Virus record (IMG/VR): IMGVR_UViG_3300005404_000004
Coordinates: 1-62,066 of that record
From: a virus
Taxonomy: Duplodnaviria > Caudoviricetes
DNA: 62,066 bases
Strand: one strand, 5' to 3'
The translations under genes were made by a program, and so were the position numbers. The notes below the pieces were generated by a model. It was not told where the DNA came from and did no database searches. It saw only the letters and a program-made list of their open reading frames with translations. Positions 9,243-19,900 of the stretch are shown piece by piece (position 1 is the first letter of the stretch; the number at the start of each line of letters is the position of its first letter).

Positions 9243-10179
9243 ACCCTTTGAATACCCGGAATACTATAATGATGGGTGGCTAAAACAAGCACAAGCATTT
9301 TGGTTGCATACAGAAATACCTATGCAGGGTGATGTAAAAGACTGGAATGAAAAATTAACTAAACCTGAAAAAAATTTAGTTGGAAATATATTATTAGGAT
9401 TTGCGCAAACAGAATGTGCTGTATCAGACTATTGGACTCAGAAGGTTGTTGGTTGGTTTCCAAAACACGAAATACAACAAATGGCTATGATGTTTGGCAG
9501 TCAAGAAACAATACACGCTGTTGCTTATTCTTATTTAAATGAAACATTAGGCCTTGAAAATTTTGAAGCATTTTTACAAGATGAAGCAACTATGCAAAGG
9601 TTTGATAACCTCGTTGCTTATAAAGGAAACAATCCAGTTGGTATTGGGAAGTCCTTGGCTATTTTTTCTGCTTTTGCTGAAGGAGTTAGTCTTTATTCTG
9701 CTTTTGCTGTATTATATTCTTTTCAATTAAGAAATTTATTAAAAGGTATAGGGCAACAAATGAAATGGTCAGTAAGGGATGAATCGTTACATTCTAAAAT
9801 GGGATGTCATTTGTTTAGGCATATGTGCAGTGAAATTCCTAACTTACAAAATGATTGTTACGATGATGTTATTAAAGCCGCCACAGCCATGCTTAATGCA
9901 GAAGAAAAATATATCGACAAAATGTTTGAGCTTGGGGACATTGAAAACCTTAAAGCCTACGACCTCAAGCAATTCATTAGAAAACGTCTCAATGAAAAAA
10001 TTACAGAACTTGGTTACAGCAACAGGAGGAAACACTTTGAATTTGACGAGGTCGCAGCAAGCAATCTTGACTGGTTCTATCATCTTACCGGCGGGCATAC
10101 TCATACTGATTTTTTTGCTGTTCGCCCGACTGATTACTCAAAAGCTAATGAGGGTGAAGACTTTGAAGATATTTGGTAA
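9211..10179 (+). CDS. nrdB: ribonucleotide reductase class Ia beta subunit
   Basis: Di-iron motifs QETIHAVAY, EGVSLYSAF, RDESLH; C-terminal TDFFAVRPTDY. Confidence 0.96.
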   Translation: MSLFKQRIPYKPFEYPEYYNDGWLKQAQAFWLHTEIPMQGDVKDWNEKLTKPEKNLVGNILLGFAQTECAVSDYWTQKVVGWFPKHEIQQMAMMFGSQETIHAVAYSYLNETLGLENFEAFLQDEATMQRFDNLVAYKGNNPVGIGKSLAIFSAFAEGVSLYSAFAVLYSFQLRNLLKGIGQQMKWSVRDESLHSKMGCHLFRHMCSEIPNLQNDCYDDVIKAATAMLNAEEKYIDKMFELGDIENLKAYDLKQFIRKRLNEKITELGYSNRRKHFEFDEVAASNLDWFYHLTGGHTHTDFFAVRPTDYSKANEGEDFEDIW

Positions 10180-10197
10180 TGTAAAACAAAATAAAAT

Positions 10198-10527
10198 ATG
10201 AAAAAAATTATACTATTATTATTATTTATAAGCTATAATGCTTTTAGTCAAGCCGACATATATGGTATGTGGGGAACAGTTGATGGAGAATATGTAGAAA
10301 TATTTCCAGATAATACTTTTAAAAGATATAATTTAAGAGGATTAAATAAGAGAAAAGAAGTGTTAGCAGAAGGATATATAGAATATGACGGGGAAAGACT
10401 AGAAGTGCATAGAACTGACACTGTGGATGCTTATGATCTCGACTATTTTATGGGATACGAAAATATGGTTATAACAAAACCTAGAGAAAGCGAAGCTTGG
10501 CTATGGGAAAAACTATATGATTATTAA
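10198..10527 (+). CDS. hypothetical exported protein
   Basis: Bacteroidota-style signal peptide MKKIILLLLFISYNAFSQ followed by beta-rich sequence. Confidence 0.7.
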   Translation: MKKIILLLLFISYNAFSQADIYGMWGTVDGEYVEIFPDNTFKRYNLRGLNKRKEVLAEGYIEYDGERLEVHRTDTVDAYDLDYFMGYENMVITKPRESEAWLWEKLYDY

Positions 10528-10877
10528 TGAAGATATGTAATAAATGCCACAAGGAAAAAAGCGAAGATCGCTTTAGGCATGATAAAAAAACTTGCAGAAA
10601 ATGCGAGTTTAGGTTTAATCAAAGATGGCTAAGAAGATTAGTTAAAGAAAGAAAGCTTACACCAATAGAAAGATTATCTAATAGATTAGGATATATGGGA
10701 GCGGCTTTTATAATGATTTCGCCTTATTTATTACAATACGGAGCTGTTGGCGCAATAACCTATATAATAGGTGGGTTATTGTGCACACCTCAAGTGTGGA
10801 TTGCTAAACAGTGGAATTTAGTAGTTGTTAATTTAAACGTAACTTTAGGTTACATAATATATTTATATAATTTATAA
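10527..10877 (+). CDS. Zn-finger plus membrane protein
   Basis: CNKC...CRKC at the N-terminus, then three hydrophobic helices. Confidence 0.7.
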   Translation: MKICNKCHKEKSEDRFRHDKKTCRKCEFRFNQRWLRRLVKERKLTPIERLSNRLGYMGAAFIMISPYLLQYGAVGAITYIIGGLLCTPQVWIAKQWNLVVVNLNVTLGYIIYLYNL

Positions 10878-12622
10878 TGTGGAATAGCGATTGGAAAAAA
10901 GGTGAAGATTATCCTGCATGGGGGGACACCGACGTTTATAAAAAAACCATATCAGGTGGGTATTTAGTAAACGGTGAGTCGCCTAAAGATGCTTATTGGC
11001 GTGTTGCTAAAACTGTAGCTAAGCGTTTATATAAGCCAGAATTGGCTGAAAAGTTTTTCGAGTACATATGGAAAGGTTGGCTGTGTTTAGCGTCTCCTGT
11101 ACTGTCTAATACAGGTACAGATCGAGGTTTACCTATAAGCTGCTTCGGCATAGATGTAGCAGATAGCATACAAGATATTGGAAACAAGAATTTAGAAATG
11201 ATGCTCCTAGCGAAACATGGCGGAGGAGTTGGGATAGGCATCAATCAAATAAGAGCCGCCGGTAAAAGAATAACAGGTAATGGAACTTCAGACGGGGTTG
11301 TCCCTTTTTGCAAAATTTATGACTCAACTATACTCGCAACCAACCAAGGTAGCGTTAGAAGAGGAGCTGCATCAGTTAATATCAATATTGAACACGACGA
11401 CTTTCTCGATTGGGTTGAAATTAGGGAGCCTAAAGGCGATGTCAATAGACAATCTCTTAACCTGCACCAGTGTGCTGTCGTTGGCGATAAGTTTATGCGA
11501 AGACTTGAAGCAGGAGATCAAGACGCTCGGCAAAGATGGGCGAAGCTACTCCAAAAACGCAAAGCAACTGGGGAGCCATATATCCTTTTTAAAGGAAACA
11601 CGAACAAATCTAATCCGGAAGCATATAAGAAAAACAGCTTAAAGGTTCATATGACAAACATCTGTAGTGAGATAGTATTGCATACAGATGAAAGCCATAG
11701 TTTTGTTTGTTGCTTATCTTCTTTAAACTTAGATAAATACGATGAATGGAAGAATACGAATTTAATTTACGACGCAACCTGGTTCCTGGACGGTGTGCTA
11801 GAAGAATTTATCCAACGGGCAAAGAATATGAAGGGATTCGAGAACTCTGTACGCAGTGCGGAGAAAGGAAGAGCTTTAGGATTAGGTGTCCTTGGATGGC
11901 ACAGCCTGTTACAAAAAAATGGTATAGCCTTCGAGGGCTTATTAGCTCAATTCAAAACGCGGGAAATATTTTCAAAAATAAAAATTGAAACTGAAAGAGC
12001 ATCAAGAGCTTTAGCAGAAGTATATGGAGAACCACTGTGGTGTTCAGGTACGGGCTTTAGAAACACACATTTAAGAGCTGTTGCTCCGACCGTATCTAAC
12101 TCAAAACTTTCTGGTAATGTTTCGCCAGGTATTGAGCCGTGGGCTGCTAATGTGTTTACAGAGCAATCAGCTAAAGGAACATTTATAAGGAAAAATAATG
12201 AACTTAAAAAAGTATTTAGGAAGGTGGGCATTGACACTAAAGAAGTTTGGGATAAAGTGCTTGCAGACGGTGGATCAGTTCAAGGAATTAAACAACTTGA
12301 CGGATGGAATTACGATAACCGAGGACGACTTACCCAAGAAGATGACGGGGAAGCAGTAAAAAATGTTTTTAAAACGTTTAAAGAAATAAATCAATTAGAG
12401 CTTGTAAGGCAAGCAGGCATACGACAAGATTATATAGATCAATCTGTTTCTTTAAATCTTGCGTTTCCCGCGGAAGCACCACCCAGGTGGTTAAATCAAG
12501 TTCATATTGAAGCTTGGAAACGTGGTATTAAAACTTTATATTATACGCGTACAGAATCAGTATTAAGGGGAGATATAGCGGCAGCAGCTATGGATCCTGA
12601 TTGTTTAAGCTGCGATGGTTAA
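10877..12622 (+). CDS. nrdA: ribonucleotide reductase class Ia alpha subunit (no ATP cone)
   Basis: SPVLSN, ISCF, GGGVG, TNICSEI, VCCLSSLNL, APTVSNS, DQSVSLN, KTLYY, C-terminal CLSCDG. Confidence 0.96.
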   Translation: MWNSDWKKGEDYPAWGDTDVYKKTISGGYLVNGESPKDAYWRVAKTVAKRLYKPELAEKFFEYIWKGWLCLASPVLSNTGTDRGLPISCFGIDVADSIQDIGNKNLEMMLLAKHGGGVGIGINQIRAAGKRITGNGTSDGVVPFCKIYDSTILATNQGSVRRGAASVNINIEHDDFLDWVEIREPKGDVNRQSLNLHQCAVVGDKFMRRLEAGDQDARQRWAKLLQKRKATGEPYILFKGNTNKSNPEAYKKNSLKVHMTNICSEIVLHTDESHSFVCCLSSLNLDKYDEWKNTNLIYDATWFLDGVLEEFIQRAKNMKGFENSVRSAEKGRALGLGVLGWHSLLQKNGIAFEGLLAQFKTREIFSKIKIETERASRALAEVYGEPLWCSGTGFRNTHLRAVAPTVSNSKLSGNVSPGIEPWAANVFTEQSAKGTFIRKNNELKKVFRKVGIDTKEVWDKVLADGGSVQGIKQLDGWNYDNRGRLTQEDDGEAVKNVFKTFKEINQLELVRQAGIRQDYIDQSVSLNLAFPAEAPPRWLNQVHIEAWKRGIKTLYYTRTESVLRGDIAAAAMDPDCLSCDG

Positions 12623-12633
12623 TTTAATTTATT

Positions 12634-12822
12634 ATGACTTTAAAAGAAAAAGTAAAAAAGTTAGAAGCTGAATTGCTTGAAGCTAAGCAAAAAGCAGCTG
12701 ATGTTATTTTAGACACAAAAGACAATGTGTTTACGCAAAAAGAACTTGAAAGAATTAGGTTCTTAGAAATATGGGCTCTTGTTGGACCACTTGTTGGTAT
12801 TGGTATTGGCTTAATATTTTAA
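12634..12822 (+). CDS. small coiled-coil protein with C-terminal TM helix
   Basis: ORF track; hydrophobic tail IWALVGPLVGIGIGLIF. Confidence 0.65.
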   Translation: MTLKEKVKKLEAELLEAKQKAADVILDTKDNVFTQKELERIRFLEIWALVGPLVGIGIGLIF

Positions 12823-12830
12823 ATAATTAT

Positions 12831-12865
12831 AGGGGTGCTACTTAATTGTAACACCCCTTTTTTTT
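12831..12865 (+). terminator. intrinsic terminator at the convergence of the two transcription blocks
   Basis: AGGGGTGCTAC-TTAATT-GTAACACCCCT hairpin followed by a T run. Confidence 0.85.
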
Positions 12866-12870
12866 ATTTA

Positions 12871-13926
12871 TTAAAGTCCTCCCATTTTCCTTCTCAAAAA
12901 TTTTTCTTGAAATGTTTTTTCTTGCTGTTTTATATCAACATTTTTTGGAGGTAAAAAACCGGATTTTGTAAACTGTTGTTGATATTTTAAATTATCAGGG
13001 TCAACAGCCATGCTGGCTGTGCTAGATGTTCCTCTGCCTGTTGTGTCCATTATCTTTTCTACTCGTTCTGCAGTAGGATTAATAAATTTGTTTTTGTTGG
13101 GGTCATTATAAGTAGGAGGTTCATTAGGGTCTATAACATCTTTTACTGTATTAGCAGTAATATTCTCTTTTTCTTTTTGTTGATCTCTTACTGGATTTGG
13201 GGTACTAGAATTATCACCTTGTACAGGATCTATTAAATCTTGAAATTTAATTCTTGAAGATGGAATGTCTTTATTAACTTTAGCGTTAAACCTTAAGTAG
13301 TTGTCAGGCACTGTTTTTCTTGCTTGACCTCTACCTGTATAATCCGATCCTTCACCCTGATATGGCCCTGTTGCGTCGTAAGTCGTGCCATCGGCAGCCT
13401 TAACATTTTGTATAGTTCCCGAACCGTCTTTTCTAAAATATCTATCTTTTATATTATCAAGATTTTGTTCACCGCCGACTAATCCTTTGAAATATTCTTT
13501 TGTAGCAGCGTTAAATCTTTCTCTTCTATTTTTAATAAAATCTTTAGCTTGATCAGGGCTCATGCCTTTTCTAATAGCAACTAAAGAGGCTCTTCTATCT
13601 AGTCTATCGTCCTTTTTTTGTAATCTTTTTCTTTTTCGATTATAAACTCTTTCTTTCCTTTTTTCAAACCTGCTATTGCCAAACTTAGGTTCTTTAGCGG
13701 TTTCAAGCCTTAGGGTTTTGTCGCCTTGCTTAAATTCCTGCACATCTTTACCGTCTTTATAATTTTCGTTTATTCTAGACTTTCTTTTTTCAAGGCTTCT
13801 TTGTACATTGCCTTTATCTCCGATAATTCTAGGTTTATTAGTCAAATTAATGTCAGTTGCATTAGCTGCAGTAACATAAAGATCTCGTTGTGATTTTTTC
13901 TTTTCTTTATAGTAATGATCTGGCAT
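12871..13926 (-). CDS. hypothetical basic, low-complexity protein (possible virion core)
   Basis: 351-aa ORF at the end of the structural operon. Confidence 0.7.
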   Translation of the reverse strand: MPDHYYKEKKKSQRDLYVTAANATDINLTNKPRIIGDKGNVQRSLEKRKSRINENYKDGKDVQEFKQGDKTLRLETAKEPKFGNSRFEKRKERVYNRKRKRLQKKDDRLDRRASLVAIRKGMSPDQAKDFIKNRRERFNAATKEYFKGLVGGEQNLDNIKDRYFRKDGSGTIQNVKAADGTTYDATGPYQGEGSDYTGRGQARKTVPDNYLRFNAKVNKDIPSSRIKFQDLIDPVQGDNSSTPNPVRDQQKEKENITANTVKDVIDPNEPPTYNDPNKNKFINPTAERVEKIMDTTGRGTSSTASMAVDPDNLKYQQQFTKSGFLPPKNVDIKQQEKTFQEKFLRRKMGGL

Positions 13927-13936
13927 AATTATTTAT

Positions 13937-16900
13937 TTAAGAATTTGTTTTTTCTGCTTTATTAGCTCGAGCTTCCCAAGGCAATTTTATATGGCCTTCA
14001 GGCAAGAACTTACCTTTGTAATTAATGTGATTACCCACCCTAGGGTACTTATTTTTTTTCCAGTATACGAATTTGTCGTCATAATTTAATATCCCAGCGT
14101 TCATGTCTTTCATGTGCTGTTTTTCATGAGCAATAACTTCTTTTCTTTCTTGCCCTTTTAAATCAGGTGATATTTCTATTGTTCCGTCTTTATTTGCACG
14201 CCCTATTGCACCACCTGGTAATTTAGCATTTTTAACTTTTTTGAAAGGATTAATATATCCCCCACTAACACCGGGTACGGCTATTTTACCTGTACTTTTT
14301 TTCTTTGTATCAAGATTTAATTGATATGGGCTCCAGCCTAAAGCTAAAAATAAATTTTGCCATGCATCATTTTTATCAAAATCCATAGCTTTTAAGTTTT
14401 CAGCTTTTTTAAATGCTCTATCTAAAGGAACGTTTGTTAAAGCTGCTAAATAATTTGCTTTAGCAAAGCCATCATAAAAAGGATCATTTTTGTATTGTCT
14501 CCAGTTTTCAAACTTTTGTGCTTCAACAATATCGCCAATCTTTTTACTTAAAGGTGGTGATATAGATAAACCTTTTTGTATTAATCTTAATGAGCCGTCT
14601 CTTACAACTTTGCCTTGAGCTTTTCTTTCTTGTTGGCTCATATACTCCATACCTAAATTTTTCAATGCAGATATAGCGGCACCTGAATAACCCATGCCCC
14701 TTAAAAACCCATCAAAAACAGAATTGCTATAATAACTTAAACGCTTTTCGTCTTCTTCGTCGGAAGTCTCATCAAATAGCATACTGAACAAAGCACTTTG
14801 CATTGCAGAAAATATTAAATTTTGTGCAACACCATAATAAAGTATTTTAGAGGCGTTAGTTTTCCAGTCACCTCTTCTATTAATTAAATCAAGAGTTGCT
14901 TTTTTAGTAAGCCTAGCATATTGCAAAGGTGTATTAGCAAAAGCTAATATAATTCTACCAATATCAGATGCTTGTTGTCTAGATATTCTATCAGGCCTAG
15001 AGGATTGTTGCGTTTCTTCAGCAATTTCTTGCAGCTCAAGCATTGCTTGTTCCTTCGCTTGCACCTCGCTTTTACCGCCCTCAACTAATTGGTTTATTTT
15101 ATTTCTATACCAAGTTGCGCCACCAAAAGCAATAGCAAAACTATCACCCCATTGTGTTGGTTTAAAACCTAATTCTAATAACTTTTTATTAGTTCTCAAA
15201 AACCAATTGCCTGGTTGTGAATCAGCAAGATCAGCAGTATTAATTTCTATTTTCTGTCCGCCTCTTCTGTCTGTTAAAAAGTCAGAATTAATTAGTTCTA
15301 AAAAGTCAGAAGTAAATTGGGATGTATTGCCCATGGCCCTAGCCATAGCTAAAGGATTATTATGCGTAAAATTCATAAAATTAACTATAGACAACTGCTG
15401 CAGTACAGCAGATCTAATATTCACAGCCATAACATTTGCAACAGATTGATTAAGCCAATTCATTGCGGCATTAAATTCTTTGTCTTTACCTTTTTTACGA
15501 TTAATACCCGTTGACATTCTTTCTAATACATTTTTCAAAGCATCGGTAAAATCATTACCATGCATTTGATCTATTAGCTTCATGTTTTGCGACGAGAATA
15601 CTTCACTCTTGTTATTTAAAAACTCTTGTAAAAACTCTGCTCTTTGCGCTTTATTAGAAACGTTAGCTAAATCTGTTTGTATATTTCCACCTAGCCAATC
15701 TTCCGTTATTTGCGGATAGCCTTCTTTTATTTTTGTTATTTTAGAAAGTTCATCTGCAAAAGCTAAAAGATTATCATCTTGCATTACTGCTAAAAGAAGT
15801 TCGTTTTTATCAGTTTCATTAATACCAAGGTCTTGCCCAGCATTATCATAGTTATAAGCGCGAACAGCTTGCTCTTTAGTATATAATCCGTCTAATATAG
15901 TTTCTTTTAAAAGATCTTTATTTTTATATCTTTTTGATAATTCTTTATAATCTTTAGCAAGAGCAACTTTAGAAGATTCATATGCAGATATACCTTTAGC
16001 AAAAGGTGTCATTATATTATCTTGAAAAAACTTCATTTGAGTTTCACCAACTTTGCCTTTATCTAAAAATGTGTATAGCAATCCTACAAAATCATCAGCA
16101 CCTGGGGGAACGTATACATTAAATCTTCTAAGTAAAGAACCCTTTGTAGGCTTTTTACTTCTTAATATACTGTCCATTTGGTCTTCAAGCGAAGCCTTTG
16201 TAGGCTCTTTTGCTACTTGTGTTTTATTTTTAACACCTAAATTATTTAGCATTTTATTTACAGCAGCAACATTTTGTGGAGCGTCATCAGCAAAGAATAT
16301 ATCATTATACCCTTCAGATACTTTTTCCGCCATCCAATAAGCTTTAGCGCCAGGCTTTCCGTCGGCCAATCCTGTTATATTTTCTAAAGGTACACTAATA
16401 CCTAAACCTGCGCGCAAAAATTCTTTTATTGCGTTAGCTGATTCAGCTGGCCTAGCGGTCAATACAAATATATCTCTTTCACCTTTTGCTTCAACAAATT
16501 TTTTAGCGAGCAATGATAAAGGCCCTTTTTTACCCTCAACTACTTTATTAAATTCATCAAAGCTAAATTCTGCGCCGGCTTCAGAAAGCTCGCCAGAACG
16601 CTCCGCAAACTCTGCAGGAGTTAATGTACCTTCTGTTCCGTCTGGAAGCGTGTAACCTACCTTAGAATTGCTCTGAGCAAGTGTATCGTCAAAATCAAAC
16701 ACCCTTGCTTTTTTTACAGGAGCTTTTTTGTTTGAAGCAACTACTTTTGCTTGTTTAAGAACATCTAATTTGTTTATTATTTGTTTAGTAGACAGGCCTT
16801 CGGCTTCAACACCGAAACTTTTAAGGTCTTGTTTATTTTTTTGTCTTGCTTTTTCCTGCACCTTAGCTACACCTTTTTCATTTAATATAGCTAATTGCTT

Positions 16901-19900
16901 TTTAGCAGAGCCTGTTTTAGCATCAGAAGCATATACAGATTGCTGTACAAAATTTTGATACTCTTGTTTAGTTAAGTAATCTTTAACAACATTATACCCA
17001 GCTTCAATAGCTTTAGCCAATGTTTTACCACCTCTATATGCTAATTTAACTGTTCTTAACGAGTTTATTAATAAGAACGATGGTATAGCTGCAATATTGG
17101 TTTGTAATGAACCCGGATCGCCTTGAAGTGTTTTAATAGATTGTATTGCTCTTTCTATTAATAGTTCAAAATTATCTTCTAAAACAGCATTGTTTGAAGC
17201 TTCAATTCCGTCAGGAGTTGACGGGCCCTCAACGTTTAATTCTTGCGCTAAAGTTTTGTTTGTTATAGGATTAATTAAGCTATTTAAATCTATTCCAGAC
17301 GCAGATAATCTTACAGCTGAATTATCTAATATACTTTTACCTTTAGGCATTACAGAATCTAATTTAGCCGCATCAATTTTTTCGTCGTCTTTTTTAGATA
17401 ATTGTGTTTGGTAATAATTTTCTTTAATAGACGGCATTACAACAGAAACTTTATTGTTTGCAATAGCCCAAATTAAATTTGCTCCAATAACCGAAGCAGG
17501 CGGATTATGCTCTTCTCTAAATTTTTCACCTATACGCTGTTTCCCAGAAAGACCATATTCCATTATTTTAGATTTATATCTAAAAGGGGCTGCTATTTTT
17601 ATAATGCCAGTAGTTGCTTGATAACCAGAAGATATAAATAAAGCCGCAATTTCTACAGGCATTTGGTTATTAGCAACTGCTTCTGCAAGCTTATTAGCCA
17701 TAAATTCCAAAGCAATTAAATTGTCTTGCCCTTGCTTTTGTCCTTCTTTTGTAAAAGCTTTTACTATTGAAACTCTTTTTGGCTTAGAAATATTATACTC
17801 TTTATCAAAAGTTTTAGCAAGAGCTAAAGCTTCTTGATATGAAGGGTCTTTAGAACCATAATATAAACCACCTCTTGCCGGTAAATCAACATATTTGCCA
17901 TCTACTTTTCTTCTAGCAAAGTTTGCAAATTTAGATCCTTCAAATATCCAACTTGGTATTTTTGCCTCGCGAATAGCCTGCAGCATTTGAGATTTTTTCT
18001 GTTCTCTATTATTATCGTCTACAGTAATTTTATTTTCTATACCAGAAACTTTAGCAGCCTCATTTATATTTTTAGCGCCAGCCACTTCATTTAATTCCTC
18101 TCTATTAAAAATGGTATTATCTATTGTATCAGATAATGTTTTTTGCTTTTCAATAAATATATCAGTAATGCCATCAATATTATTAGCCAACAAATTTTCT
18201 GCCTCAACCGCACCTAATGATTCTGCTAATGAATTTAAAACAGCCATTCTGCGATTGTTAGCTTTAGTTTTATTTGTTTTAGCTAACTCAGCATTGTCAA
18301 AATATTTTTTAAATTTTTCTAAACCCACTTGTTCAAAAGCAACTTTTTTGTTGTTTTTCAACATACCTACCTCTTCAAAAGGATTTAGATTTACATCTCT
18401 AGCTTTCGCCATAGATTCAGGCCTAAGAGAATCGTATAACAATTTTGCATTGTTATTTATTAAATTACTGAATTGTCTGTTATTTTTTGTGTTTTTTCCT
18501 AATGCTTCTTTTAGTATAGGATATAACTCATTTTTTAATGTTTTAGCAATATCAGTTGTAAACTTTAATGAATCAACTTTTTGTTTTGTTGTTCCTAGCG
18601 CCAGTTTACTTGCTCTAGTTATTTCACTTTTAACAGACTCATCTAAATTTAATTGATCAGCAATACTAGTAGCATTAACATCTTTATTAAAATTGTCTAT
18701 ATCTATTTGATCTTCAACGGTTTGTGGTGTTGCTTCTGTTTCAGCAACTTGTAAGTCATCTATGTCTCTAGTATATTCTTGATCTGCAATATTTTCAAAA
18801 GCATCTTTACTCATTGCTCTAACAGGTAAACCTGTTCTAGGGTTATTCAAATAAGCTGCTAAAGGTACTCCTGACTCAGGATTGTATGTTCTTAATAACT
18901 TAAACACCTCAGCTTGCAAATTCATTTTATACTCTTCAAAAGTGCCTTTACGTAAGTCAACAGGTATTTTAGAATAGTTGTCTTTTGCAACCTTGTTTAT
19001 TAATGGGGCTTGTTGATCCATGATTTCATTAAACGTATTTCCGTCTATTTGGTTATACGTTTTTCCGTTACCTTCATCAACAACTCTTTTTATCTTACCG
19101 CTTTCTAATGCTTTATCAAAAGCTTCTTGCGTTTTTTGAGATCTTTCAACAGAGTCTTGCTTAACACCTTGAGTAGGGTCTGCAAATAAAGTCATTATAA
19201 TAACTGATTCTGCTTTTTTCTTTTGGTTGTCAGCTATATCTCTTTGCTTTTCAGAAGATTTTTTATCTTTGCTTTTACGATCAAAATATTTAAATTTAGC
19301 ATTTTCATTTAGCAAAAGCAATTTATCTTCATTAGAAAGTTTGTTTTGCTGTTCTCTTAATACAGCTTCATTTTCAGATAAGCTTTTATTTATATCGCTA
19401 ATTTCTTGATTAACAGCGTCTATTTCAACCCCTGGAGCATTATTTTTTTCTAAATCTTTTTTAGTATTTTCAAGATCAACTATTTCTTTTACTTTTTCAT
19501 TTCTTTTTTCTTGAATAAAACCAGGAGTTAGCTGTTGAAAAACATCTACATTATTTTCAATAGCTTTTTTTCTTTTTTCTTTTACAATATTAGCAACGTC
19601 GGTGTCTTTATTTGGAGTAAATATTTCAGCAGTAGCAACGTCGTTGTCGTTCATGTCATTAACGACATCTAAAAACTGATTTTTAGTTAACGCTTGTTTG
19701 TTTAAAACATAGCTTTTATCAGCCATAGAGGCTGCTGTTGTAAGTACAGCACCAAGGCCGCCACTAGCTTCTAAAACAATATCCGTAGGACTAAATTCTT
19801 CATCCGCCGCAACTTGAGCAACAGCTTCACCAACCGCACCCCCAACACCTTCACCAGTAAATTCACCTGCAAATTGTCCCGCTCTTCTAGCTACTTTAGC

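Noticed and set aside
16681-16702. DFDD motif in the giant protein as the catalytic loop of a crAss-like virion RNA polymerase
   Set aside because: The context is hhhDxDxT followed by TAR and DD motifs, which is HAD-like, not the DxDxD double-psi-barrel RNAP motif.
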